DNA of 64,000 nt from Chitinophagales bacterium 33-2 (lineage in GTDB: Bacteria > Bacteroidota > Bacteroidia > Chitinophagales > Chitinophagaceae), in assembly GCA_002050435.1 (NCBI GenBank), contig MWYV01000030.1, positions 17,446-81,445 of the forward strand, read 5' to 3'. The notes under the pieces are model-generated. The model did no database searches, had not been told where the DNA came from, and saw only the letters and a program-made list of their open reading frames with translations. This document shows positions 37,496 through 46,574 of this stretch, in pieces. Within the stretch, counting starts at the first letter, position 1; the number at the start of each line of letters is the position of its first letter. A program made the translations under genes and the position numbers.

Positions 37496-38080
37496 ATGGG
37501 ATTATCGAACGATTTGATTCAGCAAAAGCTGGAAGAGCGATTTAAGGACGTTGTTTTGCAAACAGAAACTTCCTACGATATGCTTTCGGTTGAAGTAGCT
37601 GCACCTGAAATCTTAAATGTGCTGCAGTTTCTTTTTGATGATCAGGAGCTGAAATTCAGGTTTCTTACCGATCTCACTGCAGTTCATTATCCTGCATTTA
37701 AGGACAGGGAACTGGCGGTGGTGTATCATCTTCATAATCTTGTAGATAATTGCCGCATCAGAATCAAGGTCTTTGTTCCTGTACAACAACCTGATGTTCC
37801 GAGTGCAGTCAATATTTTTTCTGCAGCTAACTGGCTTGAAAGGGAAACCTATGATTTCTTCGGAATTAATTTTACCGGCCATCCTAACCTTATCAGGATC
37901 CAGAATGTTGAAGAAATGGATTATTTCCCTTTGAGGAAAGAATTTCCTTTGGAGGATCAGACGAGGATAGACAAAGACGATGAAATGTTTGGAAGGGGGG
38001 GAAATTTTGATTTCGGCAACAGGCAGTCTGATGGTTCTCCAACGCAGATCCCTGAAAGCACTGGTGGAAACACACAATAA
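37496..38080 (+). CDS. nuoC: NADH-quinone oxidoreductase subunit C (low-complexity C-terminal tail)
   Basis: ANWLERETYDFFGINFTGHPNL motif. Confidence 0.9.
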   Translation: MGLSNDLIQQKLEERFKDVVLQTETSYDMLSVEVAAPEILNVLQFLFDDQELKFRFLTDLTAVHYPAFKDRELAVVYHLHNLVDNCRIRIKVFVPVQQPDVPSAVNIFSAANWLERETYDFFGINFTGHPNLIRIQNVEEMDYFPLRKEFPLEDQTRIDKDDEMFGRGGNFDFGNRQSDGSPTQIPESTGGNTQ

Positions 38081-38147
38081 AATTTATCTATGCACTTATC
38101 TGCCGGGTATCAAGGCATTTGAGTTAAAATAAAAGCGGGTTTAGTAA

Positions 38148-39377
38148 ATGTCAACAACAACAGATACTGCATTTCAGGAAGCCAATTTAGGATCGGGAAC
38201 TACAACGACATTAAATCTTGGCCCAACACATCCTGCAACCCATGGCGTGTTTCAGAATATCCTCGAACTCGATGGCGAGCGTATTGTTTCAGCTGAACAA
38301 ACTATTGGATACATACACAGGGCATTTGAAAAAATTGCAGAAAGACGACCGCTTTACCAGATCACCCCACTGACCGACAGGTTGAACTATTGTTCTGCTC
38401 CTATCAATAATATGGGGTGGCACCTTACCTGCGAAAAATTGCTGGGCATTCAAACGCCTAAACGCGTCGATTATCTCCGTGTGATCATTATGGAACTGGC
38501 CAGGATAGCCGATCACCTGATCTGCAACTCTATTGTTGGTGTGGATACAGGGGCCTATACGGGGTTCCTTTACGTAATGCAATACCGGGAATTGATTTAC
38601 GAGATCTGGGAAGAAGTTTGTGGTTCCAGGCTTACAACGAGTATTGGAAGGATCGGTGGCTTTGAAAGAGATTTTAATGACATCGCCTTTACAAAACTGG
38701 AACGTTTCCTTAAAGAGTACCCGGCTGTACTAAAGGAATTCGAAAATCTTTTCAGTCGTAACCGCATATTTATGGAACGCACCATTGGTGCCGGTCCGAT
38801 AACGGCTGAAAGAGCGCTGAATTATGGATTTACCGGGCCGAATTTAAGAGCCGCCGGCGTTGACTATGATGTGCGGGTTCATACACCTTACAGCAGTTAC
38901 CAGGATTTTGATTTTGAAATTCCAACCGGTACTACCGGCGATTGTTATGACCGTTTTCTTGTGCGTAACCAGGAAATGTATCAATCACTGAATATCATCA
39001 CACAGGCCTACAGGAAGATCCAGGATATGAAGGGCGAAGAGGCAACTATTTTTCATGCAGATATTCCTGAATATTATCTTCCGGAGAAGAAAGATGTTTA
39101 CACAAAAATGGAAGCCCTGATCTATCACTTCAAAATCGTTATGGGGGAAGTAGAAATTCCTCCGGGTGAAGTGTATAGCAGTGTAGAAGGTGGAAATGGT
39201 GAACTAGGTTTTTATATCATCAGCGATGGTGGAAGAACGCCCTACAGGCTGCACTTCCGCCGCCCTTGTTTTATTTATTACCAGGCCTTTGAAGAACTGG
39301 TTAAAGGAAGTATGCTTGCAGATGCCATCATTGTTTTATCATCACTGAACCTGATTGCAGGTGAAATGGATGGATAA
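38148..39377 (+). CDS. nuoD: NADH-quinone oxidoreductase subunit D
   Basis: LNLGPTHPATHGV, IGYIHRAFEK, C-terminal LNLIAGEMD. Confidence 0.95.
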   Translation: MSTTTDTAFQEANLGSGTTTTLNLGPTHPATHGVFQNILELDGERIVSAEQTIGYIHRAFEKIAERRPLYQITPLTDRLNYCSAPINNMGWHLTCEKLLGIQTPKRVDYLRVIIMELARIADHLICNSIVGVDTGAYTGFLYVMQYRELIYEIWEEVCGSRLTTSIGRIGGFERDFNDIAFTKLERFLKEYPAVLKEFENLFSRNRIFMERTIGAGPITAERALNYGFTGPNLRAAGVDYDVRVHTPYSSYQDFDFEIPTGTTGDCYDRFLVRNQEMYQSLNIITQAYRKIQDMKGEEATIFHADIPEYYLPEKKDVYTKMEALIYHFKIVMGEVEIPPGEVYSSVEGGNGELGFYIISDGGRTPYRLHFRRPCFIYYQAFEELVKGSMLADAIIVLSSLNLIAGEMDG

Positions 39378-39402
39378 AAGCGGACAGATAAATTTGATTT
39401 TA

Positions 39403-39900
39403 ATGAAGTTTTCAGAACAAAAAATTCAAAAGGTAAAGGAAATCATTGCACGCTTTCCGGAAGGCAAACACAAAAGCGCCTTAATTCCTGTGCTTCATAT
39501 TGCACAGGAAGAAAATGGTGGCTGGCTAAGCGTTGAAGCAATGGATCATGTAGCTGAATTGTTACAGATAAAACCAATTGAAGTGTATGAAGTGGCTACT
39601 TTCTACAGCATGTATAATCTTAAACCTGTGGGAAAATTTCTTTTTGAAGTGTGTCAGACAGGTCCCTGTATGCTGAATGGAAGTGATCAGATCATTGATC
39701 ATATTAAACAAAAACTTGGAATTAAAGCAGGAGAAACAACGGGAGACGGTATGTTCACTTTAAAAACGGTAGAATGTCTTGGTGCCTGTGGTTATGCACC
39801 TATGATGCAGATGGGAAAGTTTTATAAAGAACACCTAACGATAGATAAAGTAGACAAAATCATTGCTGAATGCAGAAGTAATGCGGAAAGGAATAATTAG
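39403..39900 (+). CDS. nuoE: NADH-quinone oxidoreductase subunit E
   Basis: 2Fe-2S ligands (EVCQTGPC...ECLGACG). ATG at 39403 gives the usual N-terminus. Confidence 0.9.
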   Translation: MKFSEQKIQKVKEIIARFPEGKHKSALIPVLHIAQEENGGWLSVEAMDHVAELLQIKPIEVYEVATFYSMYNLKPVGKFLFEVCQTGPCMLNGSDQIIDHIKQKLGIKAGETTGDGMFTLKTVECLGACGYAPMMQMGKFYKEHLTIDKVDKIIAECRSNAERNN

Positions 39901-39956
39901 TGACTGTTGTGAATGAAGGTCTATTGAAGAATACCAAACCAAATACTAATAATGCC

Positions 39957-40727
39957 ATGAGATTTTTCAACAATGCAAAAAGTTATTTGATCATACTGGT
40001 CGCATCATTTTTTTTGATGTCCTGTGGTACCAGCAAATTTGCCCAATCGGTTTTAGATTCAAGGGAAAAGGACAAAAAAGCTTTTGTTGAAACAGCGGAT
40101 GGTAAAATTATTGAAGCAAACGAGGCCAGGATAAAGAACCCGCTTTTTGGTAAGTCAACTATTGAACTTGACGGTGAAGTCAAAATACCTACTAAAGAAG
40201 TAGTAGCCTATCAAAACAATACAGGCTATTACAGGAGAGTACAAGGACAGTTCGCACCCCGGTTTAAAAAAGGACTGATTAATATGTATTCCATTACTGA
40301 AAATTATACTGAGTGGGACAATTCAAGAGGCGGGCAAGGGATGAGAAACAGGGTACGCATTGTATATTATATGCAAAAAGGTGATCAGTCACCAATACAA
40401 AAGTTTACGCCCGATATCACTAGAGATTATGTAAAGGATTATGCACCGGCTATGGAATTTATTAATGTATATGACAAAACGCAAAAGAAAGTGAGGATGT
40501 GGTCCTGGATCAACACAGGTGCCGTTTTGGGTTCGGTGATCCTGATAGCAGCTACTCCCACCAGGAATTCAGATGTAAGCGGCGTGCATTATGCAGGCGC
40601 CGGACTTTTTTTAGGCGGCCTCATTAATGGATTTGTAAATAAGGCAAGGAGAGGGAAAAATGTAAAAAACCTTGAATTGGCGATAGATGAATATAATTCC
40701 CAGGTGAAAAGAAAGAACAAAAGGTAG
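39957..40727 (+). CDS. hypothetical lipoprotein embedded in the nuo operon
   Basis: Lipobox FFLMSCG. C-terminal Gly-rich hydrophobic segments (WINTGAVLGSVILIAA, AGAGLFLGGLINGF). No family recognised. Same strand, 56 nt after nuoE. Confidence 0.6.
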   Translation: MRFFNNAKSYLIILVASFFLMSCGTSKFAQSVLDSREKDKKAFVETADGKIIEANEARIKNPLFGKSTIELDGEVKIPTKEVVAYQNNTGYYRRVQGQFAPRFKKGLINMYSITENYTEWDNSRGGQGMRNRVRIVYYMQKGDQSPIQKFTPDITRDYVKDYAPAMEFINVYDKTQKKVRMWSWINTGAVLGSVILIAATPTRNSDVSGVHYAGAGLFLGGLINGFVNKARRGKNVKNLELAIDEYNSQVKRKNKR

Positions 40728-40745
40728 TTCAGTAAACGAATAGAA

Positions 40746-41159
40746 ATGAGATCTCTTTTGCTTATTCTTTTTATCATGATGGCTCAGGTAGTTTTAGCCC
40801 AACTGCCGATAGCCGAAGAAACTAAACAACTGGAAAAAGCTATGTTAGAAAAGGATACAGTAACATTACATCAACTCCTGCATCCTGATCTAATTTATGG
40901 TCATTCCAATGGCTGGGTGGAAACAAAAACTGAATTATTGCAAAACCTGGCTTCCGGCAAAATGCATTACAGCAGCATTTTTTCTGAAGAACCTGAATTC
41001 AAGAGAACAGGTGATGTAATATCGGTAAGAACAAAATCGAGAATAGCATTTGTGGTAAATGAAAAGGCGGGTGAACTTGACCTGTTCGTGGTGCAGGTTT
41101 GGAAAAAAGAAATAGACGGATGGAAATTACTTGTAAGACAAAGCACCCGGCTTAATTAG
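40746..41159 (+). CDS. secreted SnoaL/NTF2-like (DUF4440-like) protein embedded in the nuo operon
   Basis: Signal peptide MMAQVVLAQ, then LHPDLIYGHSNGWVETK...GKMHY, typical of DUF4440/NTF2-like folds. Confidence 0.6.
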   Translation: MRSLLLILFIMMAQVVLAQLPIAEETKQLEKAMLEKDTVTLHQLLHPDLIYGHSNGWVETKTELLQNLASGKMHYSSIFSEEPEFKRTGDVISVRTKSRIAFVVNEKAGELDLFVVQVWKKEIDGWKLLVRQSTRLN

Positions 41160-41214
41160 CAGATAATATTGCATTAAGAAGAATTGCTTTAAGCAGCAGC
41201 TAACAGGAATAAAA

Positions 41215-42567
41215 ATGGGTAAAAAAATATTATTAGAAAAAGAACATATTGAAGGCATTCGTTATTTCGATACCTATAGGAAGAATGGTGGTTATGCCGC
41301 TGCAGACAAAGCTTTTAAAATGTCAGCGGCTGATGTTGTAGAGGAAGTAAAGAAAAGCGGACTGAGAGGCCGTGGCGGAGCAGGATTTCCTACAGGCATG
41401 AAATGGAGTTTTCTGGCCAAACCCGAAGGAGTTCCACGTTACCTGGTTTGTAATGCTGATGAAAGTGAACCCGGCACCTTTAAGGACAGGTACCTGATGG
41501 AGTTTCTTCCGCACCTGTTGATCGAGGGTTTATTGATCTCTTCTTATGCCCTTGGCTCAGAACGAACCTATATTTATATACGGGGCGAATATGCATGGAT
41601 CGAAGATATTCTTGATGAAGCCATAGCAGAAGCCAACAGAGCCGGTTATCTTGGTCAGAATATTCTTGGCTCAGGATTTAATTGCCAGATCTATGTGCAA
41701 CGTGGCGCAGGTGCTTATATCTGCGGGGAAGAAACAGCTCTACTCGAAAGTCTGGAAGGCAAAAGAGGCAATCCCCGGATCAAACCTCCGTTTCCAGCAA
41801 TTAAAGGATTGTGGGATTGTCCAACAGTAGTTAATAATGTGGAAACCCTTGCAGCAGTTGTTCCCATCATATTAATGGGTGGTGAAGCTTACTCAAAAAT
41901 TGGATTAGGAAAATCAACAGGTACTAAACTCATTTCGGCCTGTGGAAATATCAATAAGCAGGGGGTTTATGAAATTGACATGACCATTTCTGTTGAAGAA
42001 TTTATTTATAGTGATGAATATTGTGGAGGAATTCCAAACGGTAAAAAATTAAAAGCCTGTATTCCCGGAGGTTCTTCAGTTCCCATTCTACCTGCCAATC
42101 TAACACTAAAAACAGCAAAGGGTGAAGCCAGGATGATGACCTACGAAAGTCTGGCTGACGGCGGTTTTCCAACAGGTTCCATGATGGGATCCGGCGGTTT
42201 TATTGTGCTGGATGAAGATCAGTGCGTAGTACGCCATACACTTTCTCTCGCACGATTTTACAGGCATGAAAGCTGCGGTCAGTGTTCTCCATGCAGGGAA
42301 GGAACGGGGTGGATGGAAAAGATTCTTCACAATATTGAATATGGTAAAGGTGAAATGAAAGACATAGATCTTTTGTGGGATATTCAAAGCAAGATCGAAG
42401 GCAATACGATTTGCCCATTGGGAGATGCAGCTGCATGGCCTGTGGCAGCAGCCATCAGGCATTTCAGGGATGAATTTGAATGGCATGTGCTGAACCCGGA
42501 AGAGGCTTTAAAAAGAAATTTCGGCCTTGCGCATTATGCCGATCCGATAGAAGTTGCTGTAGGATAA
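41215..42567 (+). CDS. nuoF: NADH-quinone oxidoreductase subunit F
   Basis: GLRGRGGAGFPTGMKW (FMN/NADH site), ESCGQCSPCREG (N3 cluster). Confidence 0.95.
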   Translation: MGKKILLEKEHIEGIRYFDTYRKNGGYAAADKAFKMSAADVVEEVKKSGLRGRGGAGFPTGMKWSFLAKPEGVPRYLVCNADESEPGTFKDRYLMEFLPHLLIEGLLISSYALGSERTYIYIRGEYAWIEDILDEAIAEANRAGYLGQNILGSGFNCQIYVQRGAGAYICGEETALLESLEGKRGNPRIKPPFPAIKGLWDCPTVVNNVETLAAVVPIILMGGEAYSKIGLGKSTGTKLISACGNINKQGVYEIDMTISVEEFIYSDEYCGGIPNGKKLKACIPGGSSVPILPANLTLKTAKGEARMMTYESLADGGFPTGSMMGSGGFIVLDEDQCVVRHTLSLARFYRHESCGQCSPCREGTGWMEKILHNIEYGKGEMKDIDLLWDIQSKIEGNTICPLGDAAAWPVAAAIRHFRDEFEWHVLNPEEALKRNFGLAHYADPIEVAVG

Positions 42568-42629
42568 TGATGATTAAAAATGTTGCGTAAAAAAATAGCG
42601 TTTTAGCATTTCATTGATTTTTGAAAACT

Positions 42630-43796
42630 ATGTCTGAGCAAAAAACATTTAAAGTAACAATAGACAACATCACCGTTGACGTGGAAGCCGGAACAACCAT
42701 TCTTCAGGCAGCACGGAAAATTGGTGGCGATGTTGTGCCTCCGGCCATGTGTTATTATACCAGGCTGCAGCACAGTGGTGGTTATTGCCGAACCTGCCTG
42801 GTGCGCGTAGCGGCCGGTTCCACAGCAGATCCGAGGCCCATGCCCAAACTTGTGGCTTCCTGCAGAACACCTGTGATGGACGGAATGGTTGTGGAGAATA
42901 TCACAAACCCCGCAGTGCTTGAAGCAAGAAAAGGGGTAGTTGAATTTTTATTGATCAATCATCCGCTGGATTGCCCCGTTTGTGACCAGGCCGGCGAATG
43001 CGACCTTCAGGATCTTAGCTTCAACCATGGAGCAGAAGCTACACGATATGAATTCAAACGCAGAACCTTTGAACGTATCGACCTCGGGCCGTATATCCAG
43101 TTGCACATGACCCGTTGTATCCTTTGCTATCGCTGCGTTTATACTGCCGACCAGGTGGCAGGTAAAAGGGAACATGGTGTGCTTGACAGAGGCGACCATT
43201 CCCAAATTGCTACTTATATACAGGAATCACTCGATAATGAATTTATAGGGAATGTAATTGATGTTTGTCCTGTTGGCGCACTCACCGACCGTACCTTCAG
43301 GTTCAAAAACAGGGTTTGGTTTACAAAGCCGGTTGAGGCACACCGTGATTGTCCAACCTGTACGGGTAAGGTAAGATTATGGATGCGGGGTGATGATGTT
43401 TTAAGAGTCACTGCACGTAAAGACCAGTGGGGTGAAGTGGAGGAATGGATCTGTAACGAATGCCGTTTTGAAAAGAAAAAAGTAAGTGACTGGAAAATTG
43501 CAGGTCCTACCAGGGTTGACAGGCATTCTGTGATTTCCGCTGGACATTATACAAATATTCTCAAACCTAATGAAACCTTTAGTGCCATTATGGATGGGCA
43601 AAAACCTAAACAACTGATGGACATTCATGATGTGAGTGAGGTAAATAATGTTGATCTGAATGAAATCAAAGGCCCGGCAACAGGTGCCACTTTTGATGGA
43701 AATCCGAAGTCATCAGGTGTGAATGTAACCGATATAAAAACGGGTGAAGGAAGGAATCTTGAGGGTACAGATTCAACCAATCCCAATACGCCATAA
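42630..43796 (+). CDS. nuoG: NADH-quinone oxidoreductase subunit G (short Bacteroidota form)
   Basis: 2Fe-2S (CRTCLV), HPLDCPVCDQAGECDLQD, RCILCYRCV, CPVGAL. No molybdopterin-like domain. Low-complexity tail. Confidence 0.9.
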   Translation: MSEQKTFKVTIDNITVDVEAGTTILQAARKIGGDVVPPAMCYYTRLQHSGGYCRTCLVRVAAGSTADPRPMPKLVASCRTPVMDGMVVENITNPAVLEARKGVVEFLLINHPLDCPVCDQAGECDLQDLSFNHGAEATRYEFKRRTFERIDLGPYIQLHMTRCILCYRCVYTADQVAGKREHGVLDRGDHSQIATYIQESLDNEFIGNVIDVCPVGALTDRTFRFKNRVWFTKPVEAHRDCPTCTGKVRLWMRGDDVLRVTARKDQWGEVEEWICNECRFEKKKVSDWKIAGPTRVDRHSVISAGHYTNILKPNETFSAIMDGQKPKQLMDIHDVSEVNNVDLNEIKGPATGATFDGNPKSSGVNVTDIKTGEGRNLEGTDSTNPNTP

Positions 43797-43899
43797 TAAG
43801 CATTGCTTGTCAGGGCATCAAATGAAAAGAAAAAGTATTTAGTTGATCATAAAAAGCCATTGCAGTAATGCAGGCTTAAGGTAAAAGCGAAAAGTCATT

Positions 43900-44949
43900 A
43901 TGTATTTATTACAATTCGACTGGTGGATCGTACTTGAAAAATTTATTTTAATTGCTGTTATTGTAACTACCTCACTGGTAGTAGCCATGTACAGTACTTA
44001 CGCAGAGCGTAAAGTCGCTGCCTGGCTGCAAGACCGAAGAGGACCCAATAGGGCAGGACCTTTCGGGCTTTTTCAGCCTTTGGCAGATGGTGTAAAATTA
44101 TTCATGAAGGAAGAGATCATCCCCACTGCTTCATCCAGCACCTTATTCATTCTTGGTCCCATGCTGGCCATGATTACTGCGTTAATGACATCAGCAGTAA
44201 TTCCCTGGAGTTGGACAATTGATGTGGCGGGGAGAATGGTTCCCCTTCAGATCGCAGATATTAATATTGGTATTTTGTACATTTTCGGTGTGGTAAGTCT
44301 AGGTGTTTACGGCATCATGATCGGCGGATGGGCCTCCAATAATAAATTTTCTTTGATTGCTGCCCTGCGGGGCGCTTCGCAGATGATCTCTTATGAACTT
44401 GCTATGGGTCTTGCCCTCCTGGCTGTATTGATGCTGGTAGGTGATCTGAGAATGAGTTCTATTGTAGGGGAACAGATCGCCAACGGCTGGAATGTTGTTT
44501 ACCAGCCTCTGGGATTTCTTATATTTTTCATCTGTGCCCTGGCAGAATGTAACCGAACTCCTTTTGATCTTCCCGAAGCTGAAAATGAATTGAATTTTGG
44601 ATATCACCAGGAATATTCTTCCATGAAACTGGGCTTTTATCTTTTTGCAGAATACATTGCCATGTTCATGAGTTCTGTGCTCCTCGCAACAGTGTATTTT
44701 GGAGGGTATGATATTCCATTTGTAAATGAAGCCGCGTGGGGTAATTATTGGTGGGTTGGACTGGTAGGTTTTTCAGTGCTTATGATGAAGACTTCATTTT
44801 TTATTTTCCTGTTCATGTGGATACGCTGGACAATCCCCAGGTTTAGATATGACCAGCTGATGCACCTGGGCTGGAGGGTTTTGCTTCCACTCGCGTTGGC
44901 AAATATGGTGATCACTGCCTTAGTGGTTTTGCTCTTAAACAATAAATAA
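43900..44949 (+). CDS. nuoH: NADH-quinone oxidoreductase subunit H
   Basis: ERKVAAWLQDRRGPNRAGPFGLFQPLADG; AECNRTPFDLPEAENEL. Confidence 0.95.
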   Translation: MYLLQFDWWIVLEKFILIAVIVTTSLVVAMYSTYAERKVAAWLQDRRGPNRAGPFGLFQPLADGVKLFMKEEIIPTASSSTLFILGPMLAMITALMTSAVIPWSWTIDVAGRMVPLQIADINIGILYIFGVVSLGVYGIMIGGWASNNKFSLIAALRGASQMISYELAMGLALLAVLMLVGDLRMSSIVGEQIANGWNVVYQPLGFLIFFICALAECNRTPFDLPEAENELNFGYHQEYSSMKLGFYLFAEYIAMFMSSVLLATVYFGGYDIPFVNEAAWGNYWWVGLVGFSVLMMKTSFFIFLFMWIRWTIPRFRYDQLMHLGWRVLLPLALANMVITALVVLLLNNK

Positions 44950-45014
44950 GGATTTCTTAAATAAATAGCTAATAAAACGGCTAATTTTGCAGCCGTTAAA
45001 AGAAAGGAAAATAG

Positions 45015-45560
45015 ATGCAGCTAACAAAAAGAAGTAAACAGGTAGAAAGAAAGCCCATGACAATATGGGAGATGCTGTACCTGCCTTCTATATTTAAAGG
45101 TATGGCCATCACGTTCAGCCACCTTTTTAAGAAAAGGCCTACCATCAATTACCCTGAAGAACAACGTCCTTTCTCTGCTGTTTTCCGCGGTTTGCATATT
45201 TTAAATCGTGATGAAGAAGGCCGTGAAAAGTGTACAGCCTGCGGATTGTGTGCCCTGGCATGTCCTGCTGAAGCCATTACTATGGAAGCGGCAGAAAGAC
45301 AAAGTGGTGAAGAAGACTTATACAAAGAAGAAAAATACGCAGCCAAATATGAGATCAACATGCTGCGCTGCATCTTCTGCGGACTTTGTGAAGAAGCCTG
45401 CCCTAAAGACGCCATTTACCTGACCCAGACTTTTGCTCCGGCTAATTACGGAAGGAAAGGATTTATATATGGTAAGAACGATCTTTTAATTCCTGATCCT
45501 AATAAAGATCCTGAAGGATTTGCCAAAGCAAAAGGCGAACTCGGTAAAGAAAAAAAATAG
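45015..45560 (+). CDS. nuoI: NADH-quinone oxidoreductase subunit I
   Basis: Two 4Fe-4S motifs: CTACGLCALACP and CIFCGLCEEACP. Confidence 0.95.
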   Translation: MQLTKRSKQVERKPMTIWEMLYLPSIFKGMAITFSHLFKKRPTINYPEEQRPFSAVFRGLHILNRDEEGREKCTACGLCALACPAEAITMEAAERQSGEEDLYKEEKYAAKYEINMLRCIFCGLCEEACPKDAIYLTQTFAPANYGRKGFIYGKNDLLIPDPNKDPEGFAKAKGELGKEKK

Positions 45561-45570
45561 AACCAACTTA

Positions 45571-46143
45571 ATGGGAATTTCTGAAATATTATTCTGGATA
45601 CTTGCTGCACTTACACTGTTTAGTGCAGTAATGGTGATTTCCAGTAAAAACCCTGTGTTCAGCGTATTGTGGCTGATCTTTACATTTTTCACCATTTCAG
45701 CGCACTACATTCTGCTGAATGCACAGTTTCTCGCTATTGTAAATATTATTGTTTATGCAGGAGCCATTATGGTGCTTTTCCTTTTCGTGCTGATGCTGAT
45801 GAACCTGGGCAAAGAATCGGAGCCTAAAAAGAACAGGTGGTTGAAACTCGCTGGGGCTGTGGCCGGCGGTAGCCTGTTGCTGGTAATGGTGGCTGCACTC
45901 CGGCACACTGAAAACCAAATGACAGAATTGGTCACGGGAGATATTGGTCTGATCAAAAACCTGGGAAAAGTATTGTTTACCGAATTTGTTGTTCCTTTTG
46001 AGATCAGTTCCATATTGTTTTTAAGTGCAATGGTTGGTGCAGTGGTTTTGGGAAAAAGAGACAAACCCGTTGAAAACCTGATTACACCGGCCGTGGCGGC
46101 AGATGAAGTTGCTGTTGTCTCAATTGAAAATCGAGACGTATAA
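45571..46143 (+). CDS. nuoJ: NADH-quinone oxidoreductase subunit J
   Basis: Hydrophobic NuoJ-like sequence ([10 protein letters not shown]..., [17 protein letters not shown]). ATG at 45571 follows the nuoI stop. Confidence 0.85.
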   Translation: MGISEILFWILAALTLFSAVMVISSKNPVFSVLWLIFTFFTISAHYILLNAQFLAIVNIIVYAGAIMVLFLFVLMLMNLGKESEPKKNRWLKLAGAVAGGSLLLVMVAALRHTENQMTELVTGDIGLIKNLGKVLFTEFVVPFEISSILFLSAMVGAVVLGKRDKPVENLITPAVAADEVAVVSIENRDV

Positions 46144-46157
46144 ACTGTTTAAAAGCT

Positions 46158-46487
46158 ATGCCAGTACATTATTATATTTTTCTTTCAATGGCATTATTTG
46201 TAATTGGTATTGTAGGCGTGCTTACAAGAAGAAATGCCATTATCATTTTCATGTGTATAGAACTCATGTTGAATGCTGTGAACTTATTGCTGGTGGCATT
46301 TTCAAAAATGAATAACCTTGCGAACGCTGCCAATAATCCTTCCGCCGGAAGTGACGGGCAATTGTTTGTTTTTTTTATAATGGTAGTGGCAGCGGCTGAA
46401 GTTGCAGTGGGGTTGTCGATTATAGTGATGCTGTATCGTAACACCCATTCCGTTGACGTGAATTTTTTGAACAGGCTGAAACATTAG
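46158..46487 (+). CDS. nuoK: NADH-quinone oxidoreductase subunit K
   Basis: ~109 aa, three TM helices, [11 protein letters not shown] and AAAEVAVGL motifs. Confidence 0.9.
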   Translation: MPVHYYIFLSMALFVIGIVGVLTRRNAIIIFMCIELMLNAVNLLLVAFSKMNNLANAANNPSAGSDGQLFVFFIMVVAAAEVAVGLSIIVMLYRNTHSVDVNFLNRLKH

Positions 46488-46574
46488 CTATTGATGGAAA
46501 ATTGTATGACTGATGAAAATTTGTGATCTGAGTAAATACAAAAAAGTCCTTTTAGAGACGATGGAGGGTGAAGC

